Assembly (NCBI RefSeq): GCF_008802365.1
Contig: NZ_VZQZ01000011.1
Span: 129,501 to 193,500, forward strand
Origin: Oryzomonas japonica
Lineage (GTDB): Bacteria; Desulfobacterota; Desulfuromonadia; Geobacterales; Pseudopelobacteraceae
DNA: 64,000 nt
Direction of reading: 5' to 3'
Shown here: positions 49,035 through 59,114 of the stretch, one piece after another
Layout of the letters: every line of letters starts with the position of its first letter
How positions within the stretch are numbered: position 1 is the stretch's first letter
Translations under genes and position numbers: made by a program
Notes under the pieces: model-generated
The model's database searches: none
What the model saw: only the letters and a program-made list of their open reading frames with translations
Told to the model about the DNA's origin: nothing

Positions 49035-50063
49035 TCAATTGTTCTTTTTGTAGAAGCTCAGCATCTGCTGATAGACCTTGTCCTTAGGATTTTTCTTGAT
49101 GACCGAATCAAGCGCCTGCTTGTAGATGTCGGTGTTGATATGCTTATCGATCGGGTAGTCCTGAGGGATGTAGCCCGCTTCACGGATATGCTGCCAGAAA
49201 TCCAATATTCCCTTGCGGAGCGGGTCGGGGTTCGATTCGGACACCTTTTTCACGTACGTTTCATTGCGGACGATGCCTTCGTCGATCTTCAGGGACTTGG
49301 TATAGATCCTGACCGTCTCTTCGGGGTTGGTTTTATAGAACCTGTAGGCACGGATCAGCGCGGCCAGGAAACGGCGATAGGTATCCTTGTCGGCATTCAG
49401 TTTGGCCGTGGGGGCAACGATGCGGCAGCAGGTGTATTTGGGGTAGTATTCTTCAAGGTAGTGGGCAACCTTCAAGCCGCTGTTCTTCTCGGCCAGTGAA
49501 AAGTGAGGCGGCCACAGGAGTCCGGCATCCACAGAACCTTTCTTGATCGCCTCCACCACCGCCGTGGCCGAGCCCAGCTCAACGAACGTGATATCCTTTT
49601 TCCAGTCGATGCCGGCTTTTTTCAGGGCGCCCTTGAAGATGACATCACCGGTGGAAAGCTTCACTAGGCCGATCTTTTTCCCTTTGTAGACCTTGAGGTT
49701 TTTACCCGCAAGTTCGGCCAGACGATCCGGACGGGTGACAATGGCCTGTCCGCCGATCATCATGCCGCCGAAGAAGGTGAAGTCGGACCCTTTGGAAATG
49801 AACAACAGCGGCGCGGTGGTGCCGAAGGTGCCCACGTCCAGTTTTTCAGCCTTGAGCGCAGCTATGCCCTCGGAGGCGCTGCCGAACTGGAACAACTCCA
49901 CGTCAACCCCTTCTTCCTTGAAGTAGCCCTTTTCCTTGGCCACGAAGTACAACCCGTGGGCCGGCTCAGGGACATACCCCACCCGAAGCTTGGGCAGGTT
50001 CGCGGCAACAGCGACGGACATCATGAACATTGACAGCAGGAAAGCGGCGATGATCCTCTTCAT
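49035..50063 (-). CDS. ABC transporter substrate-binding protein (NMT1/SsuA-like, second)
   Basis: Signal peptide MKRIIAAFLLSMFMMSVAVAA. NMT1 fold. Confidence 0.75.
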   Translation of the reverse strand: MKRIIAAFLLSMFMMSVAVAANLPKLRVGYVPEPAHGLYFVAKEKGYFKEEGVDVELFQFGSASEGIAALKAEKLDVGTFGTTAPLLFISKGSDFTFFGGMMIGGQAIVTRPDRLAELAGKNLKVYKGKKIGLVKLSTGDVIFKGALKKAGIDWKKDITFVELGSATAVVEAIKKGSVDAGLLWPPHFSLAEKNSGLKVAHYLEEYYPKYTCCRIVAPTAKLNADKDTYRRFLAALIRAYRFYKTNPEETVRIYTKSLKIDEGIVRNETYVKKVSESNPDPLRKGILDFWQHIREAGYIPQDYPIDKHINTDIYKQALDSVIKKNPKDKVYQQMLSFYKKNN

Positions 50064-50881
50064 TGGGTACTACCTCCTTGTAACGTAAATAGTCTGCCGG
50101 AATTGGCCGGGCAGCAATTGGGCGTGCAGACCGCCTTGGAGAACAGCTCTTGCAGGACAGGGTCCATGGGACCAATCAACAGGCGATCCAGCGCATCACA
50201 GTAAATCTCTTCATAGACATGGTTTGCCAGGAAATCACCCGGCATAGCGGCATCCTGGAGGCCGAGCCCTTGCCAGATGCGGAGCATGCGCCAATAGTCA
50301 GGATTGGGGTCGAAATGGATATTCGGGACGGTTGCACCTTGCGATAGCTTCTGCAGCGTCGCCTGCCTGACTACCGGTGATTGTTGCTGCAACGTGCGGT
50401 GGGCCCGGATCAGGGCGGCGGTCAAGCCGATGATGGAGCCCTTTTCGGCCACCGGCCGGTTTGCCGGTACGAGCACGACAATCCCCCTGCGCTCCTGCTC
50501 ACCCTGGTGGTTTTCGTCCAGGCTTGCCAGCGGCCCCGTGTCGGTGGGGGTCCCGCCTCCGGCAATGATGCGAAATCCCTTTCCTTTGGCTATCTGCCCC
50601 AGCGCCTCTCCGACCATGAAGGCCCCGGCGTCGATGGAGCCCGCTTCAAGGGCGGCCAAGCCGCTGGCGGTATCCTGAAATTTGACCAGCTTGACCTGCA
50701 ATCCTTCTTCGCGAAAATGCCCGTGTGTTGCGGCAACGCGGCACAGGGCGCTGCCGGGGTGGTCCAGATAGCCCAAGCGGAAAAATTTTCCCGCCGCATG
50801 GCACGGCATGACGCCGGAGACCAGCAACAGTACCGCCATGAGAGACGGTGCCGCTATCCGGTGGACATGCCCGAAATTCAT
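50060..50881 (-). CDS. ABC transporter substrate-binding protein (NMT1-like, third, shorter)
   Basis: Signal peptide then KFFRLGYLDHPGSALCRVAA... Confidence 0.65.
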   Translation of the reverse strand: MNFGHVHRIAAPSLMAVLLLVSGVMPCHAAGKFFRLGYLDHPGSALCRVAATHGHFREEGLQVKLVKFQDTASGLAALEAGSIDAGAFMVGEALGQIAKGKGFRIIAGGGTPTDTGPLASLDENHQGEQERRGIVVLVPANRPVAEKGSIIGLTAALIRAHRTLQQQSPVVRQATLQKLSQGATVPNIHFDPNPDYWRMLRIWQGLGLQDAAMPGDFLANHVYEEIYCDALDRLLIGPMDPVLQELFSKAVCTPNCCPANSGRLFTLQGGSTQ

Positions 50882-51693
50882 ATCCCATCCCCCTGGGATG
50901 CGACTATCTGACCGGCATCCAGCTCGGAGAGGATGTTTTCGTACAGCACCGTGACCAGCCGGTCCCGCAGCGTCTGGAAGGTCTGGTTGTGGTACAGTTC
51001 CTGGCGGATGCGGGGACGGGGTAGGTCCACCTCGAATACTCCCTTTATGGTACCGGGATTGACACCCAGCACAACGATGCGGTTGGCCAGCAGGATGGCC
51101 TCCTCCACGTCGTGGGTAACGAAGAAGACGGTCTTGCGCTCGTCCTGCCGCTGCTGCCAGAGCTGGAGAAGCAGGTCCTGGAGCCGAGCGCGGGTGATGG
51201 CGTCCAGCGCGCCGAAGGGCTCATCCATCAGGAGCACCGGCGCGTTGATGGCAAAGGCCCGCGCAATGGCCGCCCGCTGGCGCATCCCGCCGGAAAGCAG
51301 GCCGGGGAGCTTGTCATAGGCATCCGCCAGGCCGACCATTTCCAGGTAGCCGGCCGCCGTCTCCCGGTACTCATCTTTCTTCTTTCCGGGGAAGGCCTGT
51401 TCCAGGGCCAGGACGATATTCTGCCCGGCGGTCATCCAGGGAAACAGGGAGTAATCCTGAAAGACCACGCCCCGGTCCAGGCCGGGACCGCTGATCTGCT
51501 TCCCGTCCAGGGTTATACCGCCTGACGACGGAAAGGAAAGGCCCGCCAGAAGCCGCAAGAGCGTGCTCTTGCCACAGCCGGACGGCCCCAGCAGGCAGAC
51601 GAAATCTCCCGGTTCGGCGGTAAAGGTGATGTCCTGTAGGACCCGTTGGTCACCGTAGGAATAATTGACGTTGGACAATGTTACTTCATACAT
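50878..51693 (-). CDS. ABC transporter ATP-binding protein (SsuB/TauB-like)
   Basis: Walker A LLGPSGCGKST, signature LSGGMRQR and Walker B LLMDEPF. Start at MYEVTLSNV. Confidence 0.85.
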   Translation of the reverse strand: MYEVTLSNVNYSYGDQRVLQDITFTAEPGDFVCLLGPSGCGKSTLLRLLAGLSFPSSGGITLDGKQISGPGLDRGVVFQDYSLFPWMTAGQNIVLALEQAFPGKKKDEYRETAAGYLEMVGLADAYDKLPGLLSGGMRQRAAIARAFAINAPVLLMDEPFGALDAITRARLQDLLLQLWQQRQDERKTVFFVTHDVEEAILLANRIVVLGVNPGTIKGVFEVDLPRPRIRQELYHNQTFQTLRDRLVTVLYENILSELDAGQIVASQGDGI

Positions 51694-51703
51694 GGAAATA
51701 TCC

Positions 51704-52360
51704 TCACAGATCCCGTTTATCGGCCAGCCGCTTGTAGTACGAGTGACTGGTGTACAGCGCGCCGACCGGGTTATGGGCCAGCACGCGGTCCTTGACCACA
51801 AGGTAGGTTACCGGCGCTTCGGAATATTTTATGAACATGGAATCGTGGCCGACACACAGGCCGACGATTATGTTCAAATCGGTTTTTTCCCTGGCCAGGA
51901 TGCGGGCCTGAAGCACCGGGTTGCAGGCCGATTCGTGCTGCCCTTTGTTGATCTTGAACTCTTCAGGAATACCCAATTCGGTCTTGTCCACCGAACCGAC
52001 CTTGCAGGCCACGGTATAGCTCTGGATTCCCTGGGCATCGAGAAACTTGATGAAGTTTTTGGTCTCGTTGATCAGGCCGACGCAGGTGGCGATGCCGACC
52101 TTCTTTGCCTTGATGCGGCGCGCAAAGGCGGCCACTTCCTCCACGCGGGTCAACCTGCCGTAGTAGGTCCCTTCGACCTCTGCGGCGGCGTTGGAAATTT
52201 TCGAAACCAACGGATCTTCGCGATAAATGCGGTTGACCTCCTCAATTTCCTGTTTATCCTCGGCCTCGGTCAGGCAGAAGGCGGGAAAAACGGAGGTCCG
52301 CGAGTTGCAGTTGATGGTGGCGCAGTCGCCACAGGTCAGTACGTTCTTTTTCTTGGCCAT
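51704..52360 (-). CDS. Cys-rich metal-binding protein, DUF1847-like
   Basis: LTCGDCATINCNSRTSVFPAFCLTEAE...GLCVGHDSMF is a DUF1847-type Cys pattern. 218 aa. Confidence 0.5.
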   Translation of the reverse strand: MAKKKNVLTCGDCATINCNSRTSVFPAFCLTEAEDKQEIEEVNRIYREDPLVSKISNAAAEVEGTYYGRLTRVEEVAAFARRIKAKKVGIATCVGLINETKNFIKFLDAQGIQSYTVACKVGSVDKTELGIPEEFKINKGQHESACNPVLQARILAREKTDLNIIVGLCVGHDSMFIKYSEAPVTYLVVKDRVLAHNPVGALYTSHSYYKRLADKRDL

Positions 52361-52388
52361 GATTCTCTCCGAAGTAGGGTATTTGCGA

Positions 52389-52522
52389 CTGTTGAAAAGC
52401 TCAGGTTGTTCAAAAATAGTCAGATCGTCGCACCCGGAGAAGGCCCTGAGGAGGCGTAGCAGCGCTACGCCGCACGAAAGGGCTTTCGAGGAGGGCGGCG
52501 AGATGGCTGTTTTTCAACAACC
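52389..52522 (+). repeat. MITE-like repeat, copy 4 (inserted inside the nif-like operon between the nifH-like and DUF1847 genes)
   Basis: Aligns end-to-end with copy 3. Confidence 0.8.
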
Positions 52523-52524
52523 TC

Positions 52525-53400
52525 TTAGATGCTTGCCCCGCTGCTGCGGACCTCCCCGGCCTCAACGGCCAGGATCTGATCGGACCAGTCGGCGGCCCAC
52601 TTGCGCAGCGCCTCCGCGCTCAGCGGCTCCGGCACCCTGGATTCCGTGTGGTTGGCGATCCGGTCGGCAAGCTTCTTATAGACCTGGGCCTGCTCGGAAT
52701 CGGGGAAGGCCTCGATGGTGGTCTTACCCTGCAACTCGGCCTGGGTGACGGTGATCGAACGAGGTACATACTCCATCACCTGGGTGTTGGTGCGTGCCAC
52801 GAAGTCGTCGATGATATGTTTGGCATAGGGTGCATTGACGGAGTTGGCGATCACGCCGCCCAAAAGTGCCCCACCGTTGTTGGAGTACTTCTTGATGCCG
52901 GTGAACAGATTGTTTGCGGCGTAAATGGCCATAAAGTCCGACGACGACACCGTGAAAACGTGCTCGGCGATCCCTTCCCGGATCGGTACGGCAAAGCCGC
53001 CGCAGACCACGTCCCCCAGGACATCGTAGATTACGTAATCCAGGTCCAGTTCCTCGAAAACCCGTTGCTGTTTGAGCAGCTCAATGGCGGTGATAATGCC
53101 GCGACCAGCGCAGCCGACCCCCGGCGCGGGGCCGCCGGCCTCCACGCAGTGGACGCCGTTGAAACCGGAGAAGACCACCTCGCTGGCCTTGGCGCTCTTC
53201 TTTTCCCGCAGGGTGTCAAGGATAGTGGGTATATAGTTGCCCCCCCGCAGGGTGACGGTGGAGTCGTTCTTGGGGTCGCAGCCGACCTGCATGACCTTGT
53301 AGCCTGCTACCGACAGGGCGGCGGTGATATTGGAGGTGGTGGTGGATTTACCGATGCCTCCCTTGCCATAGATCGCTATCTGTTTCGGTTTTTTTGCCAT
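52525..53400 (-). CDS. nitrogenase Fe-protein-like ATPase (NifH/BchL/CfbC/MarH family)
   Basis: P-loop [15 protein letters not shown], switch [10 protein letters not shown] and both 4Fe-4S ligand cysteines (GVGCAGRG; DVVCGGFA) are conserved. 291 aa. Confidence 0.85.
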   Translation of the reverse strand: MAKKPKQIAIYGKGGIGKSTTTSNITAALSVAGYKVMQVGCDPKNDSTVTLRGGNYIPTILDTLREKKSAKASEVVFSGFNGVHCVEAGGPAPGVGCAGRGIITAIELLKQQRVFEELDLDYVIYDVLGDVVCGGFAVPIREGIAEHVFTVSSSDFMAIYAANNLFTGIKKYSNNGGALLGGVIANSVNAPYAKHIIDDFVARTNTQVMEYVPRSITVTQAELQGKTTIEAFPDSEQAQVYKKLADRIANHTESRVPEPLSAEALRKWAADWSDQILAVEAGEVRSSGASI

Positions 53401-53412
53401 CTGTTCCTCCGA

Positions 53413-53757
53413 TTATTTGATGTAGGTAAAACGCTTCGACGCCCGCAATGTTTCCAGGGCCTCGTCAATGGGGCCACCCATGGTGAAGGCCAGAATCCGG
53501 TGGCCGATGAGGGCGTCGATGGCGCCGGGGCCGACCTGGGCGGCCACGACCCCTCGGCAGTCGGAAATGAGTTGTGCCGCCTGGTCCAGAACATCGTCGT
53601 CGTGCTGCTGCCCCCCGCAGACCGGGGTATTTTTCCGCAGTTCCAGGAATTCATGCCCTTCGTCGTGCAGCCGGTAGATGCGGAAGGCCTGCGCCCTGCC
53701 GAAATGCTCGTTTATTGTCGTCCCGTCGCTGCTTGCCACGGCGATCTTTACATCCAT
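53413..53757 (-). CDS. dinitrogenase FeMo-cofactor-binding-like domain protein (NifX/NafY/NifB-C-terminal family)
   Basis: MDVKIAVASSDGTTINEHFGRAQAFRIY...VVAAQVGPGAIDALIGHRILAF matches the NifX/NafY-type domain. RBS GAGGAG upstream. Confidence 0.7.
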   Translation of the reverse strand: MDVKIAVASSDGTTINEHFGRAQAFRIYRLHDEGHEFLELRKNTPVCGGQQHDDDVLDQAAQLISDCRGVVAAQVGPGAIDALIGHRILAFTMGGPIDEALETLRASKRFTYIK

Positions 53758-53780
53758 GAGCCAGCTCCTCGTTGGGGTAG

Positions 53781-53834
53781 AAAATAAAAAAAGAGGTCAA
53801 GGTATGGGCGAAATTCTCGCCCAGCCTTGACCTC
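53781..53834 (-). terminator. strong intrinsic terminator/attenuator 24 nt upstream of the nifX-like start codon
   Basis: On the minus strand, the nested GC hairpin GAGGTCAAGG-CTG-GGCGAGAATTTCGCCC-ATAC-CCTTGACCTC is followed by TTTTTTTATTTT. Next come CTACCCCAACGAGGAGCTGGCTC and the ATG. Confidence 0.55.
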
Positions 53835-54129
53835 CAGTGTATCTGGTCGGCCGTTGCCGGTATGATTGTGTGAAGCTGAAACAGTTGGACAGAGTTCTTG
53901 ACTTAAGTGGTGTTGCTTAAGTGATGGTCAAGTTAACATTTACAGGTGGCTCCGTCAACAAAAAAATAATATTATGTCTATCTATTTTATATTTTATTTA
54001 AATATTCGTAGAAAAGTGGCAAAAACGCACCCGCTTTCAGACTCATTTTGTTGAGTAATCAAGGGGATAATCATTGAATGCGGAGAACGTGGCGCAAGCG
54101 CGGTTCAGCGGAGGGCGTACAGGGCCGGG

Positions 54130-54975
54130 CTACGTATTCAGAAAATGGGACAAAACCTGCTCCTTGAGACCCTGAACGGCAACAGTCTGATGCCGTCGCG
54201 GCCGGGGAACGTCAATGGCAACCCGACCACGAATCGCTCCAGGCGCAGGGGAAAAGACGTAGACCTCGTCGGACAGGCAGACCGCTTCGCCCACATCGTG
54301 AGTCGCCAGAACAATAGTTATGCCACTGGTTTCCCAGAGACGCACCAGATCGTCCTGGAGCTTTTCCCTGGTCAGGGCGTCAACGGCTGCAAAGGGCTCA
54401 TCCATTAGGATGATCCCGGGTTCCGCGGAAAAGGCCCGCGCCAGGGCCAGCCGCTGACGCATGCCGCCCGACATGTGGGCTGGGTAGCTGTTGGCGGCCT
54501 CCTCCAGTCCGACCATAGCCAGATAGTGGCGGGCCAGTTTTTCACGCTCACCCCGGGGGACGCCGCGCAGCCCCAAGACGAATTGTACGTTCTGGCGGGC
54601 GGTCATCCAGGGGAAGACGGCGTAGTCCTGAAAGATCATGGCGATGTCGTGCCGGGGTTTGTTGCGGAAGAGGCTGTTGGCGATGGGCGAGAGAAAGCGG
54701 TGTTTTTTGCGATACGCTTTAATCCCGGACGGTGTGTTGGGTAGCGGCTCCAAGAGCCGAGTCCCGTCGATGCGCACCTCGCCGTGGGACGGCGCCTGGA
54801 GACCGGCCAGAATTTCCAGGAAGGTGGACTTGCCGCAGCCGGTCGGACCGACCAGGGACACAAAGGCGCCGTCCCCGATGGTGAGCGACACCGACTGCAG
54901 CACCGTCTTGTCCGTCGTACGCCCCTGCCCGCTTGAAATGGGAAAGGTTTTGGTGATAGCGACCGCCTCGATCAT
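54130..54975 (-). CDS. ABC transporter ATP-binding protein (NitT/TauT family, second system)
   Basis: Walker A LVGPTGCGKST, signature MSGGMRQR and Walker B ILMDEPF. Confidence 0.85.
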   Translation of the reverse strand: MIEAVAITKTFPISSGQGRTTDKTVLQSVSLTIGDGAFVSLVGPTGCGKSTFLEILAGLQAPSHGEVRIDGTRLLEPLPNTPSGIKAYRKKHRFLSPIANSLFRNKPRHDIAMIFQDYAVFPWMTARQNVQFVLGLRGVPRGEREKLARHYLAMVGLEEAANSYPAHMSGGMRQRLALARAFSAEPGIILMDEPFAAVDALTREKLQDDLVRLWETSGITIVLATHDVGEAVCLSDEVYVFSPAPGAIRGRVAIDVPRPRRHQTVAVQGLKEQVLSHFLNT

Positions 54976-54979
54976 GGCG

Positions 54980-55822
54980 TCACCGTTCGATGCGCCATAC
55001 GGCCAGCTTCAACTCGGCGTATTTCATGATTTCGGTCATAAGCCATCCCGCCGCGCCCAGGATCAGCATGCAGACCACCATCCGGTCGATCTGAAAATAT
55101 TCCTTGCCCCGCAACAGCAAATAGCCTATTCCGCTGCCGCCGCTCTGCATTTCGGCCACCACCAACATGACCAGCCCCAGGGCGATGCCGATCCTGATCC
55201 CCATGATAACCGAACCAAGGGCGTGCCAGATATGGACGTGGGTGATGATGGTAAATTCACTGGCGCCAAAGACGCGGGCCGAGGCGATGTACCGGGGGTT
55301 GGTTTCACTGATTCCCTGGTAAGTACTAAACAACACCGGATAGAAAACCCCCAGGAAGATGAGGAATACCTGCATCGGCAGGCCGATACCCAGCACGATT
55401 ATGGTGACCGGCACCCAGGCCGGCGGCGGGATCGGCGCCAGGATCTGGAACAGAGGCAGGCAGTGCTTGCGGATGAACCGGTTCCACCCCATCACCACCC
55501 CGAGGGGAAAAGCGGTCGCCACCGCCAGGGCGAAGCCGAGCAAGAATCGGAGCGCGCTCTCGCCCAGGTGTGCCAGCAGGTGTTGTTTCTGAAACATCTG
55601 GCTGCAGGCGGAAACAAGTGTTGAGGGTGGCGGGACCAGGGATGCGGGCACCAGGCCGAGCAGGGGCAGGACCTCCCAGAAGATCAGCAGCGGAACCAAA
55701 ACGGTCAGGGATTCCCGGGACAACAGGCTGCCGAAGGATGACCGCCAGAAGAGCCGCACCTCAACCAACAGCCGCCGCCAGCGACCTTCAGCCTCACCCG
55801 CAATCAGCGGAGTACCAGGCAT
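54980..55822 (-). CDS. ABC transporter permease (NitT/TauT family, second system)
   Basis: SsuC-type permease (ISETNPRYIASARVFGASEFTIITHVHIWHAL). Confidence 0.8.
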   Translation of the reverse strand: MPGTPLIAGEAEGRWRRLLVEVRLFWRSSFGSLLSRESLTVLVPLLIFWEVLPLLGLVPASLVPPPSTLVSACSQMFQKQHLLAHLGESALRFLLGFALAVATAFPLGVVMGWNRFIRKHCLPLFQILAPIPPPAWVPVTIIVLGIGLPMQVFLIFLGVFYPVLFSTYQGISETNPRYIASARVFGASEFTIITHVHIWHALGSVIMGIRIGIALGLVMLVVAEMQSGGSGIGYLLLRGKEYFQIDRMVVCMLILGAAGWLMTEIMKYAELKLAVWRIER

Positions 55823-56718
55823 CGCCCATCTCCCAACTCCTTGCGCAGGTCATCGCCCACCGTCACGAAGTTTGCCGCCGGCAGCCGCTCCAGGTCTTCC
55901 CGGGAATAACCGAGCCTTTTGCTTACCGCCTTGCGTAGTTCGGCAGGGGGCAGTGCGCTGGCCGCCAAAAGGGACTGCACCACCGGCTTGAGCGCCTCCA
56001 CGGCCCCTCCCCTGACCACCAGAAAATAATCGCTCTGGGCCAGGGCCGCCGGGCAACATTCGTCGCCGGCCTTGATGTCCCAATTCTGGTAGAGCACCTT
56101 GTGCCCCAGATGCTCGGCGAGTACCGCGTAGGAGCCCTTTACCAGCACGGCATCGACCTTGCCCGCCTCCAGAGCGGGCACCATCTCGTCGAAAGACATG
56201 AATCGGGTATGTATGCGATCCACATCGACGCCCAGTCGCTTGGCGTCCCTCCTGAACTGGTGGAGCAGCTTGCAGTCCGGCTCCTGGGCCGCAATGGTCC
56301 TGCCGGCAAGATCCCCCAGGCGGATGTTCAGGTCCTTGCGGATCACCAGCGTCGCGCCGTAGGGAAACTGTACGGCCCCGGCCACCTTGAGGGTCTCGCC
56401 TCCGGGTGCCTTGAGCAGCTTGACCGCCTTGTTGGTCTCCACGAATCCGGCGTCGATCTTGCCCGAGATTAGGGAATAGCCGATGTCGCCACCACTACCG
56501 ATGGGGACCGCTTGCCAGGTGTGCGGCCGGCCTGTCTGGCGTTCATCGGCTGCGTAGATCGGTCCCAGCAGGGGGCTGTCCCCGTAGCCGATACGGAGCA
56601 CCGGTGACGACGAGGCGGAACCCTGGGGAGGATTCTGCTTTTGGCATGCCGCACACAGTAGTATCGTTGTGAAGAGCAGCGCAAACCATGGGGCACGTGA
56701 TTGTAGTTTCCGGTTCAT
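55804..56718 (-). CDS. ABC transporter substrate-binding lipoprotein (NMT1/SsuA-like)
   Basis: Lipobox LLCAAC. NMT1-like fold. Confidence 0.7.
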   Translation of the reverse strand: MNRKLQSRAPWFALLFTTILLCAACQKQNPPQGSASSSPVLRIGYGDSPLLGPIYAADERQTGRPHTWQAVPIGSGGDIGYSLISGKIDAGFVETNKAVKLLKAPGGETLKVAGAVQFPYGATLVIRKDLNIRLGDLAGRTIAAQEPDCKLLHQFRRDAKRLGVDVDRIHTRFMSFDEMVPALEAGKVDAVLVKGSYAVLAEHLGHKVLYQNWDIKAGDECCPAALAQSDYFLVVRGGAVEALKPVVQSLLAASALPPAELRKAVSKRLGYSREDLERLPAANFVTVGDDLRKELGDGRCLVLR

Positions 56719-56755
56719 CAGTTAGTAATCCTCCGCGGCTCCGTAGTGAATATGG

Positions 56756-57706
56756 TTAATGGACACGACCCCAGGTAATTCCCTTGAATGCTGGGGCATA
56801 CAGGTTATCCTTCGGGTTTTCCCGGATTTCCCTCAGGGACGCCAACTCCTCACCCAGGGTGTTTAAACCTTTTTCATTGATCCTGTCGCTAAACGTAAAA
56901 CGACGAGCGGCACGCGTGATCGCCTGCTGCGGCGCCCCGGTGTATTTCAGGGCTATCTCCGCGACCTGTCGGGAGGCAGGGGCTTTGTTGATAAAGCTAT
57001 TGGCCTCCCGGATGGCCGCGACCAGGCGCTTGAGCGCGTCCGGGTTTTCCTTGAGATAGGCCGTGCGTACATTGATGGTTCGGCAGGGGAACTTTTGGGG
57101 GGCATCTCGCAGGACCACCCGATATCCTTTGATCTCGGCAATGGCGAGGTGTGGGTCCTCCAGGATGGCGCCATCCACCTTGCCGGCATCCAGTGCAGCT
57201 ATGGCCTGCCCTCCGGCCAACTTTTCCAGGACAAAGCGGGCGCCGGTTTCACGGGCCTTTTTCTCGTAGGCAATGACCGCCTCGCAGGCCGGGGAACTGC
57301 CGGCAATGCGTTTCCCGTTCAAATCCTTGTAGGACTTGATGGGAGAACCTTTCGGAACGACGAGCAGCGAGGAGCAGGGGGCCTTGACCTGGGCAATTAT
57401 CTTGAGCGGTGCGCCGTTGGCGATGGCCGAGACAGCCACCGACGGGCACGACCAGAAAACATCGGCTTGGCCTGAGATCACCAAATCGCGGGCCAGGGCC
57501 GGGTCCCTGGCCTCCACAATGGCGACGTCAAGCCCGTGTTTCCGGAACAACCCGCGTTCCTGGGCCACATACAGGTTCAGGTGGTTGGTTGTTTTGGCGT
57601 CGGCAACGATGATTCTGGCGGGGGCAGCGCCCTGGCGGGCCGCGACAGCCCCCGCCAGGACCGCAGAAACGCCAACAACAATAATCCCGGTTCTCCACAT
57701 GCCCAT
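56756..57706 (-). CDS. ABC transporter substrate-binding protein (NMT1/SsuA-like, second of system 2)
   Basis: Signal peptide MGMWRTGIIVVGVSAVLAGAVAA. RBS AAGGGGA. Confidence 0.7.
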   Translation of the reverse strand: MGMWRTGIIVVGVSAVLAGAVAARQGAAPARIIVADAKTTNHLNLYVAQERGLFRKHGLDVAIVEARDPALARDLVISGQADVFWSCPSVAVSAIANGAPLKIIAQVKAPCSSLLVVPKGSPIKSYKDLNGKRIAGSSPACEAVIAYEKKARETGARFVLEKLAGGQAIAALDAGKVDGAILEDPHLAIAEIKGYRVVLRDAPQKFPCRTINVRTAYLKENPDALKRLVAAIREANSFINKAPASRQVAEIALKYTGAPQQAITRAARRFTFSDRINEKGLNTLGEELASLREIRENPKDNLYAPAFKGITWGRVH

Positions 57707-57734
57707 ATCGGTTTCCCCTTTGTTCCTGTTACCG

Positions 57735-59114
<1,380 letters not shown>

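Noticed and set aside
41917-53757. Calling the NifH/D/K-like genes a genuine Mo/V/Fe nitrogenase
   Set aside because: No radical-SAM nifB, nifEN, nifV or nifA/sigma54 signature is visible in 64 kb. The D and K subunits are short. The operon is embedded in organosulfur transport and assimilation genes. A nitrogenase-like (Mar/Nfl-type) assignment is more parsimonious, though only phylogeny can settle it.
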